Program-made: the position numbers and the translations under genes
Virus record (IMG/VR): IMGVR_UViG_3300015371_000023
Length of the DNA stretch: 64,000 nucleotides
DNA from: an uncultured virus (IMG/VR IMGVR_UViG_3300015371_000023)
Lineage: Duplodnaviria > Heunggongvirae > Uroviricota > Caudoviricetes
Strand: one strand, 5' to 3'
In this document: in pieces, positions 1-8,892 of the stretch
How the letters are laid out: each line of letters starts with the position of its first letter
How positions within the stretch are numbered: the first letter of the stretch is position 1
Notes under the pieces: model-generated
Told to the model about the DNA's origin: nothing
Seen by the model: only the letters and a program-made list of their open reading frames with translations
Database searches by the model: none

Positions 1-253
1 CCAGTTCGCACACCAGCTGGTGCGCGTACCGGGCGCGGAGCCAGAATTCGGCGTCGATGCCGAGGGCCTCTTCGAGGTCGATCGCGGTGTCGGCCGTGAT
101 GGACTTCTTGCCTGTGACGATCAACGAGATCGCCTGGTACGGCCGCCCCATGGCCTTGGCGAGGTCCTGCTGCAACATGCCCCGGCTGTCCAGCTCGCCG
201 CGGAGGATCTGCCCCGGGTGCACCGGGGCGTGGTTCTGTCGTGGTTCTGTCAT
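1..253 (-). CDS. HigA-like XRE HTH protein (copy 4; runs off the window edge)
   Basis: Manual translation from ATG at 253: MTEPRQNHAPVHPGQILRGELDSRGMLQQDLAKAMGRPYQAISLIVTGKKSITADTAIDLEEALGIDAEFWL; HPG start and ITxxTAxxLxxALG..FW signature of HigA/VapI antidotes; absent from the ORF track. Confidence 0.85.
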   Translation of the reverse strand, partial: MTEPRQNHAPVHPGQILRGELDSRGMLQQDLAKAMGRPYQAISLIVTGKKSITADTAIDLEEALGIDAEFWLRARYAHQLVCEL

Positions 254-519
254 GTTGGAGGAAGCTCCCGCTCCTGTCGCCTCCGTCGGGCTTGGGCGAG
301 GTCGTACATCGCTTGGGCCCGGACCCAGAAGCCGGCATCGAGGCCCAGCGCCTTCTCCAGGTCGATGGCGGTGTCCGGGGTGATGGACTTCTTACCCGTG
401 ACGATCTCGGAGACCATTTGCGGCGGCCGCCCCATGGTCAGGGCTAGCTCCAGCTGGCTCATGCCCCGGCCGCTGAGCTCGGTGCGCAGGATCAGCCCTG
501 GGGGAGCGGGATCTGTCAT
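250..519 (-). CDS. HigA-like XRE HTH protein (copy 3)
   Basis: PPGLILRTEL..GMSQLELA..VSEIVTGKKSITPDTAIDLEKALGLDAGFWVRAQAMYDL. Confidence 0.88.
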   Translation of the reverse strand: MTDPAPPGLILRTELSGRGMSQLELALTMGRPPQMVSEIVTGKKSITPDTAIDLEKALGLDAGFWVRAQAMYDLAQARRRRQERELPPT

Positions 520-773
520 CGTTCACCGCGCCGGTAGCGGTTGTTGGCTACGTCGATGGTGATCTGTGCGACGAGCAGGTCCACGGCGGACACGCCCAGC
601 TCGTCTTCGAGCCGCACCGCGACATGCCGGCTCAGGCGGGATTTGCCGGTGACGACCTCGCTGAGATGCTTCCCGGTGATCCCGATCCGCTCCGCGCCGG
701 TCTTTTGGTTGAGCCCAGCGGCGGCGATCGCCTGCCGGATCAGCTCACCCGGTGTCTGTTCAGGGTTAGTCAT
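516..773 (-). CDS. HigA-like XRE HTH protein (copy 2)
   Basis: TPGELIRQAI..GLNQKTGAERIGITGKHLSEVVTGKSRLSRHVAVRLEDELG; 4-nt overlaps with both neighbours. Confidence 0.8.
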   Translation of the reverse strand: MTNPEQTPGELIRQAIAAAGLNQKTGAERIGITGKHLSEVVTGKSRLSRHVAVRLEDELGVSAVDLLVAQITIDVANNRYRRGER

Positions 774-1036
774 GTTTTGTGCTCCTTGAGGGCGCGCGCG
801 GCGGCGGCATCGGCCAGGGCTTGAGCGATCAGCAGAACCTCGGCGGGGACGCCGAGCACTTCATCGAGCTTGACCGCGATACCGGGGCCGAGGCGGGCGT
901 GGCCCTGGATGACCTGACTGAGGTGCTTGGCTGACATGCCGGCGCAGTCGGCGATGGCGGCTTGCGAGCGCTGCTCCGGGTCGGCCGCGATCGCGTCGAG
1001 GAGCAGCCGCCTCACCGTCGGCGGGGTCTGATTCAT
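770..1036 (-). CDS. HigA-like XRE HTH protein (copy 1)
   Basis: Start refined to ATG 1036 (MNQTPP); RSQAAIADCAGMSAKHLSQVIQGHARLGPGIAVKLDEVLG. Confidence 0.78.
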   Translation of the reverse strand: MNQTPPTVRRLLLDAIAADPEQRSQAAIADCAGMSAKHLSQVIQGHARLGPGIAVKLDEVLGVPAEVLLIAQALADAAAARALKEHKT

Positions 1037-1215
1037 TCCGCCTTCCCTGCGGCGCCGGTGAAGTTCTCTGCCGCAGCGCAGCCCCTGCACATGTCCCACT
1101 TTTGTCCACTCGCGTCCTCGAACAGCTGATCCAGCGTGAACCACTCAAGGCAGATCGCGCACATCTTGGACTTCCCGTCCGGGGAGGTCGTTAGATCGAC
1201 CCAGGGGCTACACAT
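1033..1215 (-). CDS. small Cys-rich (two CxxC) hypothetical protein
   Basis: CAIC and CRGC; translationally coupled to its neighbours. Confidence 0.55.
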   Translation of the reverse strand: MCSPWVDLTTSPDGKSKMCAICLEWFTLDQLFEDASGQKWDMCRGCAAAENFTGAAGKAE

Positions 1216-1657
1216 CAGAGCTCTTCAGGCCCCCCAGGATCGTGCGCCACCGCTCGCCAGTGTCGATCGGATCTTCGGCGAGGTCCCGCCATGCGTTGGC
1301 CTGCTGCTCCGGCAACCCGAACCAGAACGAGGCGTACGTGCTGTCGAACGTGTCGTCGGCATCGCGCAGATAGGTGGATGTCCGTCGCAGCAGCTCGATT
1401 ACGGTGGCGTAGCGCGCGCGGTTGCCGCCGCCGACGCGGGTGTAGACGTGAACCACGATGCCGGAGGCAGCCCAGGGAGCTTTCTCTAACCAGGCGTCAC
1501 GAAGTCGGAAGGCGGGGCCGGCGTCCGGGTTGATGCCGATCAGCGGCAGCAGCGCTGCCGCGCGCTCGAAGCCATGGGGCACGAGCGCGTTGTAGAGCCC
1601 ACCGCGGTTCTCGTTGTCGCCCACGCGGATGGTCACGATCTCAGGTGTGTCGGTCAT
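1208..1657 (-). CDS. hypothetical phage protein
   Basis: 149-aa ORF with a GGGAG RBS; contains VYTRVGGGNR..D.DDTFDSTYA. Confidence 0.65.
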   Translation of the reverse strand: MTDTPEIVTIRVGDNENRGGLYNALVPHGFERAAALLPLIGINPDAGPAFRLRDAWLEKAPWAASGIVVHVYTRVGGGNRARYATVIELLRRTSTYLRDADDTFDSTYASFWFGLPEQQANAWRDLAEDPIDTGERWRTILGGLKSSDV

Positions 1658-1681
1658 GAGGGGTCTCCCGGTTTGGTCGGG

Positions 1682-2050
1682 TTACGGGTGGATGATCAGG
1701 TGCAGGGCGAGGGCCAGTGCGCGGGCCAGCTCGCCGGGGTCCTTCTCCTTCAGCCTGGTGGCCATCTCGTTCACGGCGGCGTTGGTGCCGATCCGATCTT
1801 CGGCCTCCTTGAGGTGCTCCCAGAGTTTGAGTACGTACAGCTGATCCGCCAGGCGGGCCTCGTCGAGGGTCCTGCATCGGCTGGCTGCGATGGCGGCGGC
1901 CAGAAGCTTCACGTTCTCGGCGGCGGGTTGCCGGCTCAGGTGCTTTTCCAGAGCTTCGCGGGCCCGGTCGGCGCCGTACGTGCGTTCGCCTGCCGCGTAG
2001 AGCATCCCCAGCTCAACCAACGGTTCGAATGCGGGGGGTTGAGATGACAT
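1682..2050 (-). CDS. hypothetical protein
   Basis: Start refined to ATG 2050 (MSSQPPAF) after AGGAG; high-GC3 codon pattern. Confidence 0.6.
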   Translation of the reverse strand: MSSQPPAFEPLVELGMLYAAGERTYGADRAREALEKHLSRQPAAENVKLLAAAIAASRCRTLDEARLADQLYVLKLWEHLKEAEDRIGTNAAVNEMATRLKEKDPGELARALALALHLIIHP

Positions 2051-2152
2051 TCCTGCTCCTGGTTGCCCTGTTCCTTGTTCCCGTTGCGCTGTCGGATCTG
2101 CGCCGCGGCTACCGACCCTTCGACCGCATCCCCGCCGAAAGGAACACCCGTA

Positions 2153-2419
2153 GTGGCTCTCGTGAAGTTCCAGGCTCGCGTTGACGCTCTCGATCTCGCA
2201 GCCGAGGGCCGGCTCTTCGTGGAGGTGGGTACTTCCGACTTCGTGGTGAAGGCGGGGGACGAGCTGCAGGACGCCGACCCGGATCTTTCCGATGCTGCCG
2301 ACGATCTGCGGGACAACCTCGACCTGGAGGATGGCGACGAGGGTTCCGGGCCGGAGGGCCTGACGCCGGTTGTGATCACGCCGCAGGGTGCCGCGCTGCT
2401 GGAGCAGTGGATGCGCTAG
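2153..2419 (+). CDS. acidic hypothetical protein
   Basis: GTG start after AAGGA; D/E-rich. Confidence 0.5.
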   Translation: MALVKFQARVDALDLAAEGRLFVEVGTSDFVVKAGDELQDADPDLSDAADDLRDNLDLEDGDEGSGPEGLTPVVITPQGAALLEQWMR

Positions 2420-2439
2420 AGCTGCGTGGAGCGCCCGCC

Positions 2440-2685
2440 TCATTCTTCGGGTGCCACCACGCTCCACACGCTGTCAGGTGCGGGGACGTACACCACCGGC
2501 CAGTTGGCGATCTCCTCATCGGACAGCATCTCCATGGCGCCGTAGAGATCGACGCATTCCCAGGAAGGAGCGTCGTCGCGCTGCTGGCACAGCACGGCGT
2601 GCGCAAACCCACCTCGGGTGCGCCGAATCGTTCCGTACGGAAGGCCGTTCGGGTGCACGGGCAAGTCAGCTTGCGCTTCGGTCAC
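2440..2685 (-). CDS. hypothetical protein
   Basis: 81-aa ORF with plausible codon usage. Confidence 0.5.
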   Translation of the reverse strand: MTEAQADLPVHPNGLPYGTIRRTRGGFAHAVLCQQRDDAPSWECVDLYGAMEMLSDEEIANWPVVYVPAPDSVWSVVAPEE

Positions 2686-2973
2686 CTCAGCACCGCGCGG
2701 GTTCAGCGACGGCGTGGACGTGGCATAGCGCCTCCGGCTCGACGCCGGGGATCGGTTCGCCCCATTCGTCGGCGGCCGCGTAGGGCCGGACCCGGCCGGC
2801 GCACGAACCTTCAGTCTTGCGGGCGCACTCCAGCCCGGCCTCGTTGCTCTCGGGATTCATAACCGCGCAGCGTACCGATGTTCGGTTGCGTCGCTACAGG
2901 AACCGCTGCATCGCCACCCGTCCGGGAGATTTCCGTTTACCCGCCATCGGAGATATCGCGAGGGGGGTGACCA

Positions 2974-3024
2974 ATGCTTCAGGTTGTTCTCAACATCTGC
3001 CTCACGCTCAGTGTTCTCCGCTGA
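2974..3024 (+). CDS. putative 16-aa hydrophobic micro-peptide MLQVVLNICLTLSVLR
   Basis: Strong SD-like GAGGGGGGTGA just upstream of the ATG; followed by GC hairpins. Confidence 0.35.
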   Translation: MLQVVLNICLTLSVLR

Positions 3025-3145
3025 GCGGGCCCCGTATTTCCCGCCGGTGGCCGTTCGCTCGATTGTGGATCGGCCACCGGCCGGGCACCCCTCCCATTTC
3101 ACGGTCCGTAGCAGACCGGCTCTTTTACACCCAGAAGGGGGACGC

Positions 3146-3349
3146 ATGGATCTGCTGCGTACCTGCATCGGCTGCGGCCAGTCCGACACCGCCCCCCGCC
3201 ACGTCATCGCCCTGCCCGGCGACGTCGAGGTCACCTGGCATCTCGACTGCCACAAGATCGCCGGCTGCGCGTCGTGCGCGGACCAGCTGGGCGACACCGA
3301 AGGCCTCACCGGGGGCGATCTCCGGGCCCATCTCCAGAAAGGCGCCTGA
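3146..3349 (+). CDS. small Cys/His-rich protein, first gene of the late operon
   Basis: ATG after AAGGGGG; CIGC, HLDC, CASC. Confidence 0.65.
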   Translation: MDLLRTCIGCGQSDTAPRHVIALPGDVEVTWHLDCHKIAGCASCADQLGDTEGLTGGDLRAHLQKGA

Positions 3350-3732
3350 TGTCCAATCTCGTTGAGGCCGAGGCGAACCGGCTCCTCGACGGCTCGCTCG
3401 GAACCACCACCTACGCCGACCCCACCGGGCCCATGAAGCTCGCGCTCGTCACCGCGAACGGCTCCGCGACGGCCGCGGGCACCGAGGTGACCGGCGGCGG
3501 CTACGCGCGGCAGACGGTCGCCTTCTCCGCAGCGTCGGCTGGCGCCGCGTCCAACACCGGCATCGTCAGCTTCACCAACATGCCCGCCGCGACCGTCGTG
3601 GGCGCGGAGATCTACGACAGCGCCGGCACGCCCCGGCGGGGCTGGTTCGGTGGGCTGGCGACCTCGAAGACCACCGGCGCGGGCGACACCCTCTCCTTCG
3701 CCGTGGGTGCACTGACGGTGAGCCTGAGCTAA
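3349..3732 (+). CDS. virion structural protein (tail-fibre/decoration-associated)
   Basis: GTEVTGGGYARQTVAF and GDTLSFAVGALTVSL motifs typical of phage minor structural proteins. Confidence 0.7.
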   Translation: MSNLVEAEANRLLDGSLGTTTYADPTGPMKLALVTANGSATAAGTEVTGGGYARQTVAFSAASAGAASNTGIVSFTNMPAATVVGAEIYDSAGTPRRGWFGGLATSKTTGAGDTLSFAVGALTVSLS

Positions 3733-4796
3733 TGGCCGACAACATCACGCTCCCCGCCTCTGGCGCCGTCGTCTCGACCGACGACCTCGGTGGCGGCGTC
3801 CAGGTGCAGAACGTGAAGAACACGTTCGGCCCCGACGGCGTGATGACGACCGTCACCACCACCAGCGGGCTCCCCACCACCCACACCGACAACACCAACA
3901 CCGCGAACGTCCTCAAGGGATCGGACGGCACCGCGGCCGGCCAGAACGCCGCTCTGACCGCCGGCAGCTACCTCTCCGTGCCGTTCAACTCCACCGGCGC
4001 GGGCAACTACGCCACCACCGACGCGGGAAACTACCGCTGGGTCACCGTCCAGGCTGCGACGATCACCTCCGGCTCCGTGTACTTCCAGGGCAGCAACGAC
4101 GGGACGAACTGGGTCTACCTCTGCCTGTACAGCACCACGGATGTCCAGAACAGCGGAAGCGGACCGGTCTACTACACGTCGTATATCGGGGCCTGGCACG
4201 GACCATTGCCCGTCCGGTACTTCCGGATCAGCACCATCGGCGTGTCGACCGGCACGATCCTGTTCCACGCGAACCCGGCGCCGATCAGCCCGAACGGGGT
4301 CTGGCTCACCACCTCGCCGACGGTGACGATCTCCGGGTATTCCGCCGGCACCACCGACGCCGCCGGAGGCATGGGTGGCCGACCGCTCGTGTCCAACATC
4401 CAGATGGCCTACAGCGGGGTCACCTCCGACAGCGTGGACCGCTGGCGTAACAACCTCTCCGCCGCGCTCGTGGCGGCCGGCACCACCACGACGCAGACGA
4501 ACAAAACGATCACGACCTACAACGCGCGCAGCCTCACCATCGTGCTGAACGTCTCCGCGGTCTCCGGCGGGTCGGTCACCCTCGCCATCAACGGGACCAC
4601 CGTCAGCAGCTACGCCTACTCGCTGATCTCCGCGACCGCCGTCACCGCCACCGGCGTCACCGTGTACCGGATCTCCCCGCACCTCACCGCCGTCAGCGGC
4701 CTCACCGCCGCCGAGGCAGTGCCGCGGACCGTTCTCGTCACGGCCACCGTCTCCGGGTCCATCACCTACGGCATCGACCACATCCTGTCCGTTTAG
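3732..4796 (+). CDS. putative virion protein (Thr/Gly/Ser-rich, beta-rich)
   Basis: 354 aa, coupled to the upstream gene; FQGSNDGTNW motif. Confidence 0.65.
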   Translation: MADNITLPASGAVVSTDDLGGGVQVQNVKNTFGPDGVMTTVTTTSGLPTTHTDNTNTANVLKGSDGTAAGQNAALTAGSYLSVPFNSTGAGNYATTDAGNYRWVTVQAATITSGSVYFQGSNDGTNWVYLCLYSTTDVQNSGSGPVYYTSYIGAWHGPLPVRYFRISTIGVSTGTILFHANPAPISPNGVWLTTSPTVTISGYSAGTTDAAGGMGGRPLVSNIQMAYSGVTSDSVDRWRNNLSAALVAAGTTTTQTNKTITTYNARSLTIVLNVSAVSGGSVTLAINGTTVSSYAYSLISATAVTATGVTVYRISPHLTAVSGLTAAEAVPRTVLVTATVSGSITYGIDHILSV

Positions 4797-4805
4797 GAGG
4801 ACGCC

Positions 4806-5237
4806 ATGGCCGACAACGTCACCCTCCCCGCGGCGGGAACCTCCGTTGCCGCGGACGAGATCGGCGGGGTGCTGTATCAGCGGGTCAAGAACCCCTTCGG
4901 CGCGGACGGCACCGCCACCGACGTCTCCGCCAACACTCCGATGCCGGTCACCATTGACTCAGGCGCGCTCCTCGCCGTTCTTGAGGAACTCGCCGAAGTG
5001 ATCGGGATGCTCCGTACCGGTGCGGGTAGCCAGCTGCCCGACGGATACGGACGAACCCGGGTCAGTGTCGACAATATCGGAAGCACGGTAACTATTCCGA
5101 CGGTTACTACCGTCTCCGCCGTTAGCAGGGTAAGTGCCATTGGTAACTCGGGCATGGCAGCGACGGGGGAATTTCTAGCGGTTCCCATTGCTAACGGGCC
5201 ACCGTCTGACCTATATCGAAACATCAGCGTTCAGTAA
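4806..5237 (+). CDS. putative virion protein with an N-terminus paralogous to the 3732 gene
   Basis: MADNVTLPAAG..DEIGG..QRVKNPFGADG versus MADNITLPASG..DDLGGG..QNVKNTFGPDG. Confidence 0.65.
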   Translation: MADNVTLPAAGTSVAADEIGGVLYQRVKNPFGADGTATDVSANTPMPVTIDSGALLAVLEELAEVIGMLRTGAGSQLPDGYGRTRVSVDNIGSTVTIPTVTTVSAVSRVSAIGNSGMAATGEFLAVPIANGPPSDLYRNISVQ

Positions 5238-5252
5238 GCGGAGGTTCACCAA

Positions 5253-6689
5253 ATGGCAACGACCGTGAATCTTCGTCCTATGCTTCACCGGAAGCAGTGG
5301 GAGCTGGATGCCTACGTCTATAACAGCACGGTCGATCTCACCGGCGCCGCGTCGACGCAGTCCGACGGCCTGTATCTGTGGATGTCTTCGGCGGCGGCGT
5401 CCGCGAGCATTTACGACCCTAAGCAGCAAGGCTACGTCGGTACGGCCCAGAACACGTTGCCAACGTGGTCCTTGGGGAACTGCGCAATTGCCTACCATCC
5501 CAACGGTCCAACCGGAACCGCTAGTGCCGGCACGAGCAACACGATTACTACGACCTCGACCATTGTTCAGGGGCTCGTCGGGTACACGATTCGTATCACC
5601 GCGGGCACTGGGGCCGGGCAAGAGCGAACGATCCTCCGGAACACGTTCGGCGGGAACTCCGTAATTACAGTGTCTGCCGCGTGGAGTACTACCCCGGACA
5701 ACACGAGCACGTACCTCATCCTTTCCGGTCGCTGGTGGTGCATCAACGTCTCGACTTCTCAAGGATTTCGTTACTACGATCTCGCGTCCAACTCGTGGTC
5801 CGGCGCTCTATCCGTCTCAGGCATGGGGCTCACAACGTCACCTGGGATGATCTCAACCCCGGCGTTCGGGAACGCGGTGTCGTCCGGAACGGCGACGTCG
5901 GCCACCTCGACCACGCTCACCGATTCGACGAAATCGTGGAGCGCGTCCCAATTCGTTAACTCGCAAGTTCGGATCGTCAGCGGCACTGGGGCAGGCCAGG
6001 TTCGGACAATCACCGCAAGTTCTGCGACCGCCGTTACGGTGGCAGCTTGGTCAACTACACCTGACACGACAAGCACCTACGTCGTCGAGCCCAACGATGA
6101 CTACATCTATCTCGGCGGAGGCAGCTCCGTCACGTTGTACCGGTACAGTATTTCTGCGAATACTTGGACGACCCTCAGTCCGGTTGTGGCCAGGACAACC
6201 GCCTTGTCCGCGCCCTCCCACCTGTCATTCATCGGCATCACCTCCGATACGGGACCAGGGTCATGGGCCGACGAGACCAATATCAAGAACTGCCGTTACA
6301 TCTACAGCTTTGCAGGCAATGGCGGAAGCAATGTAATTGCAGCATACGATATTGCGGCGAACTCGTGGAACAACATCGGCAGCAACTACGGCCGGTACGC
6401 CACCAACAACCCTATTATTGGCTTGGGCTATACCTTCACGGCGGACCGCGAGTACATATATGTCATGTCGAACCCGTCGAGCACGGTCAACACGACGTAC
6501 CGATTTAACTGTGTCACAAACATATTTGAACCCCACAGCGCCTCCTTGGCGCTGAATTCTGGGTTTACGCCATCGGGCACGGGGCGCACATTTGTGGCAA
6601 GTTACACAGACGGAGCGACGGTGATTCGCTGGCTGTACTACCTCAGCTACTCGACGCCATCCGCGATGTATCGAATGCTCCTCATCTAG
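5253..6689 (+). CDS. putative virion/receptor-binding protein with beta-propeller-like repeats
   Basis: Two internal repeats (RI.(A/S)GTGAGQ.RTI..WSTTPD.TSTY) and Kelch-like Y(D/S)I.(A/S)N(S/T)W motifs; lower GC than its neighbours. Confidence 0.6.
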   Translation: MATTVNLRPMLHRKQWELDAYVYNSTVDLTGAASTQSDGLYLWMSSAAASASIYDPKQQGYVGTAQNTLPTWSLGNCAIAYHPNGPTGTASAGTSNTITTTSTIVQGLVGYTIRITAGTGAGQERTILRNTFGGNSVITVSAAWSTTPDNTSTYLILSGRWWCINVSTSQGFRYYDLASNSWSGALSVSGMGLTTSPGMISTPAFGNAVSSGTATSATSTTLTDSTKSWSASQFVNSQVRIVSGTGAGQVRTITASSATAVTVAAWSTTPDTTSTYVVEPNDDYIYLGGGSSVTLYRYSISANTWTTLSPVVARTTALSAPSHLSFIGITSDTGPGSWADETNIKNCRYIYSFAGNGGSNVIAAYDIAANSWNNIGSNYGRYATNNPIIGLGYTFTADREYIYVMSNPSSTVNTTYRFNCVTNIFEPHSASLALNSGFTPSGTGRTFVASYTDGATVIRWLYYLSYSTPSAMYRMLLI

Positions 6690-6693
6690 AGCC

Positions 6694-7542
6694 ATGACGC
6701 TAACCCTGCTCCTCAACGGAGCGCAGCAGAAGTACGCGATCGCGAACTTGAGCGGCTCCGGCGCGTTCCCCCTAACCGCCACGCGGAGCCTGCCTGGCGC
6801 GCTGGAGCTGGCTGCCACCAGCTCGCTGACGGCGGCGGCGCTTCCTGCGCGTACGGCGTCGGCCACATTCGCCGGGGTCGGCGGGTTCACCGCATCCGGC
6901 ACGCTGACTGTGGCAGCGTCGGCCAGCTTCACCGGCACGGCCAACCTGGACTCCTCCACCGGCCGAGAAGGCTTCCTTGCCTGCCAGCTGGCCGCCGTTG
7001 CCGGGTTCGGCACGACGGGCACCGTCACCGCCCGCGCGGTGCTCCAGCTGGCCGCCGAAACCACGGTTGACGTCGCCGCGCTTGCGATACACCTGGCAGC
7101 CGGAGACTTCTCCGGCGCGAGCTCGGTTACGGCAGCCGCGGTTCGCGCAGCTCCTGCCGGTGCTGCGTTCGCCGGCCAGGCGGCGTTCGGTTCGTCGCCG
7201 ACCACCACCAGCTACCCGGTGCTCGGGCTCGTCGGGGTGTCCGTACTCGAAGGCCACGCTTTCCGCGAGACCACGATCACCGCCGACCTCCTGGCCGCAG
7301 CGGAGCTTCACGCACCCGCGAACGTCACCTACTTCGTCGCGGCGACCTTCACCGCCGAAGGCGTGTGGGAATCGGTTGCGGTCCGGGCCGTGCTCGCCGA
7401 GCTCGGCCTCACCGCCACCAGCACGTGGCAGGCGACCGGCCGAGCCTTCACCACAGCGACCATGGTCGCCGGTTCCGTTGCTGCGCAGTGGTTCGCCGGA
7501 GTCAACCGCCACAACTGGAGCGTCGGGAGCGTGAAGCGATGA
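6694..7542 (+). CDS. Ala-rich putative virion protein
   Basis: 282 aa, low-complexity Ala/Thr/Gly, in the late operon. Confidence 0.55.
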   Translation: MTLTLLLNGAQQKYAIANLSGSGAFPLTATRSLPGALELAATSSLTAAALPARTASATFAGVGGFTASGTLTVAASASFTGTANLDSSTGREGFLACQLAAVAGFGTTGTVTARAVLQLAAETTVDVAALAIHLAAGDFSGASSVTAAAVRAAPAGAAFAGQAAFGSSPTTTSYPVLGLVGVSVLEGHAFRETTITADLLAAAELHAPANVTYFVAATFTAEGVWESVAVRAVLAELGLTATSTWQATGRAFTTATMVAGSVAAQWFAGVNRHNWSVGSVKR

Positions 7543-7868
7543 CGGACGTTTCAGTGTCCCACCTCTCCCTCGAAGACCTGGTCCTTCCCCTCACCGCCCT
7601 GCACGGCGGGGACGTGCTGGATCCATCCCAATGGCCGGTGGAGATCGCCATCACGCCAACCGGGACCGATCCGGCCGACGAGGATTGGCACCCCGCCGAG
7701 TGGGAGTCCGCCGGCACCGCCCGCCGCACCGCTCGCGTCCTGTTCGTTGTGGGACCCGGCTCTCCGTCCGGTTCACAGGATCCCGGGGTCTACCGGGTGT
7801 GGGTGCGCGTCACCGCCGAGGAACTCACTCCGGTTCTTCGGGCGGACAACGAATTGATCGTGTACTAG
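7539..7868 (+). CDS. hypothetical virion-associated protein
   Basis: ATGA overlap; PGVYRVWVRVT..E.TPV. Confidence 0.6.
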   Translation: MTDVSVSHLSLEDLVLPLTALHGGDVLDPSQWPVEIAITPTGTDPADEDWHPAEWESAGTARRTARVLFVVGPGSPSGSQDPGVYRVWVRVTAEELTPVLRADNELIVY

Positions 7869-7902
7869 CAGCGGCAATCGCTGCTCAACGAAAGGCACCG
7901 CA

Positions 7903-8334
7903 ATGGGCCAGCGAGGACCAGTTCCCAAGCGCAGCGAAGAAACCATGGGCCACCGGTCGAAAGCCGAGCTCGCCGACCGTCAAACCGGAGTCGGCAGCGT
8001 CGACCGCGTCCCCATTCCCGACCCAGATCCGGATTGGCACCCGATTGCCCGGGACTGGTTCATCAGCCTCGGGGAGTCGGGGCAGCACGCGTTCTTCCAG
8101 CCCAGCGACTGGGCCACCGCCCGGTTCGTCGCCGAGGCGATGTCCCGCTGCGTGGCCCGCGACTACATGAGCGCGAACATGTTCGGCCAAATCATGTCCG
8201 CGGCCTCCGAACTGCTCTCCACCGAGGGCGCGCGCCGCCGGCTCCGCATGGAGCTCCAGCGCCGCGACACCGACCCCGGCGTCAACGCCGGCGTCACCGC
8301 CATCAACGACTACAAGAAGCGGATCACTGGATGA
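7903..8334 (+). CDS. terminase small subunit
   Basis: MGQRGPVPKRSEE start, WHPIARDWF..SGQ..F..SDW and LL.TEG.RRR.R.EL motifs of actinophage TerS; upstream of TerL. Confidence 0.8.
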   Translation: MGQRGPVPKRSEETMGHRSKAELADRQTGVGSVDRVPIPDPDPDWHPIARDWFISLGESGQHAFFQPSDWATARFVAEAMSRCVARDYMSANMFGQIMSAASELLSTEGARRRLRMELQRRDTDPGVNAGVTAINDYKKRITG

Positions 8335-8663
8335 TCGGGCCCATCCCCACTATCGGACGGATCGTCCGCTACACCCTCAGCGCCACCGACGCCGAGAACA
8401 TCAACCGACGACGCTCAGGCGCTCGGACCCTCAACGCCGCCGGCGTCACCCTCGCCAGCCAGAACCTCGGTGCTCAGATCCACGTCGGGAACATCGCCGT
8501 CGAAGGCGACGTCTACCCGATGATCATCACCCGGGTCTGGGGCGACCGGCCCGAAGCCGCGGTCAACGGATCGGTGTTCCTCGACGGAAACGACCTGCTC
8601 TGGGTCAGTTCCGTGCAGTGTGGCGACGGCCCGCGCACCTGGGCCTGGCCGGTGATGGCGTGA
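8331..8663 (+). CDS. hypothetical phage protein
   Basis: PTIGRIVRY..PMIITRVW..VNGSVFLDGND; coupled start. Confidence 0.65.
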   Translation: MIGPIPTIGRIVRYTLSATDAENINRRRSGARTLNAAGVTLASQNLGAQIHVGNIAVEGDVYPMIITRVWGDRPEAAVNGSVFLDGNDLLWVSSVQCGDGPRTWAWPVMA

Positions 8664-8866
8664 AGCTCTTCCACCTCGTCCGACACGAGGACGTCACCGG
8701 CGTCAGCGGTACCGGCGTGGTCGCCGAAGGCGTCCAGTGGTCCAACGGCCAGGTTTCCCTGCGCTGGTTCGGCGAGCACTCCAGCATCGCCATCTGGTCC
8801 TCCCTGGAGGACGCGATGTTCATCCACGGCCACGACGGCGCCACCGAAGCTGTCTTTCTCGGATGA
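8660..8866 (+). CDS. hypothetical phage protein
   Basis: F.LVRHEDVTGVSGTGVVAEGV..HGHDGAT; GTGA overlap. Confidence 0.7.
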   Translation: MKLFHLVRHEDVTGVSGTGVVAEGVQWSNGQVSLRWFGEHSSIAIWSSLEDAMFIHGHDGATEAVFLG

Positions 8867-8892
8867 CTGCGGACGAATAGCAGGGGGGTCTC

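Noticed and set aside
3732..6689. Possible diversity-generating retroelement target (repeated segments in fibre-like genes)
   Set aside because: No reverse transcriptase and no adenine-specific TR/VR pair seen.
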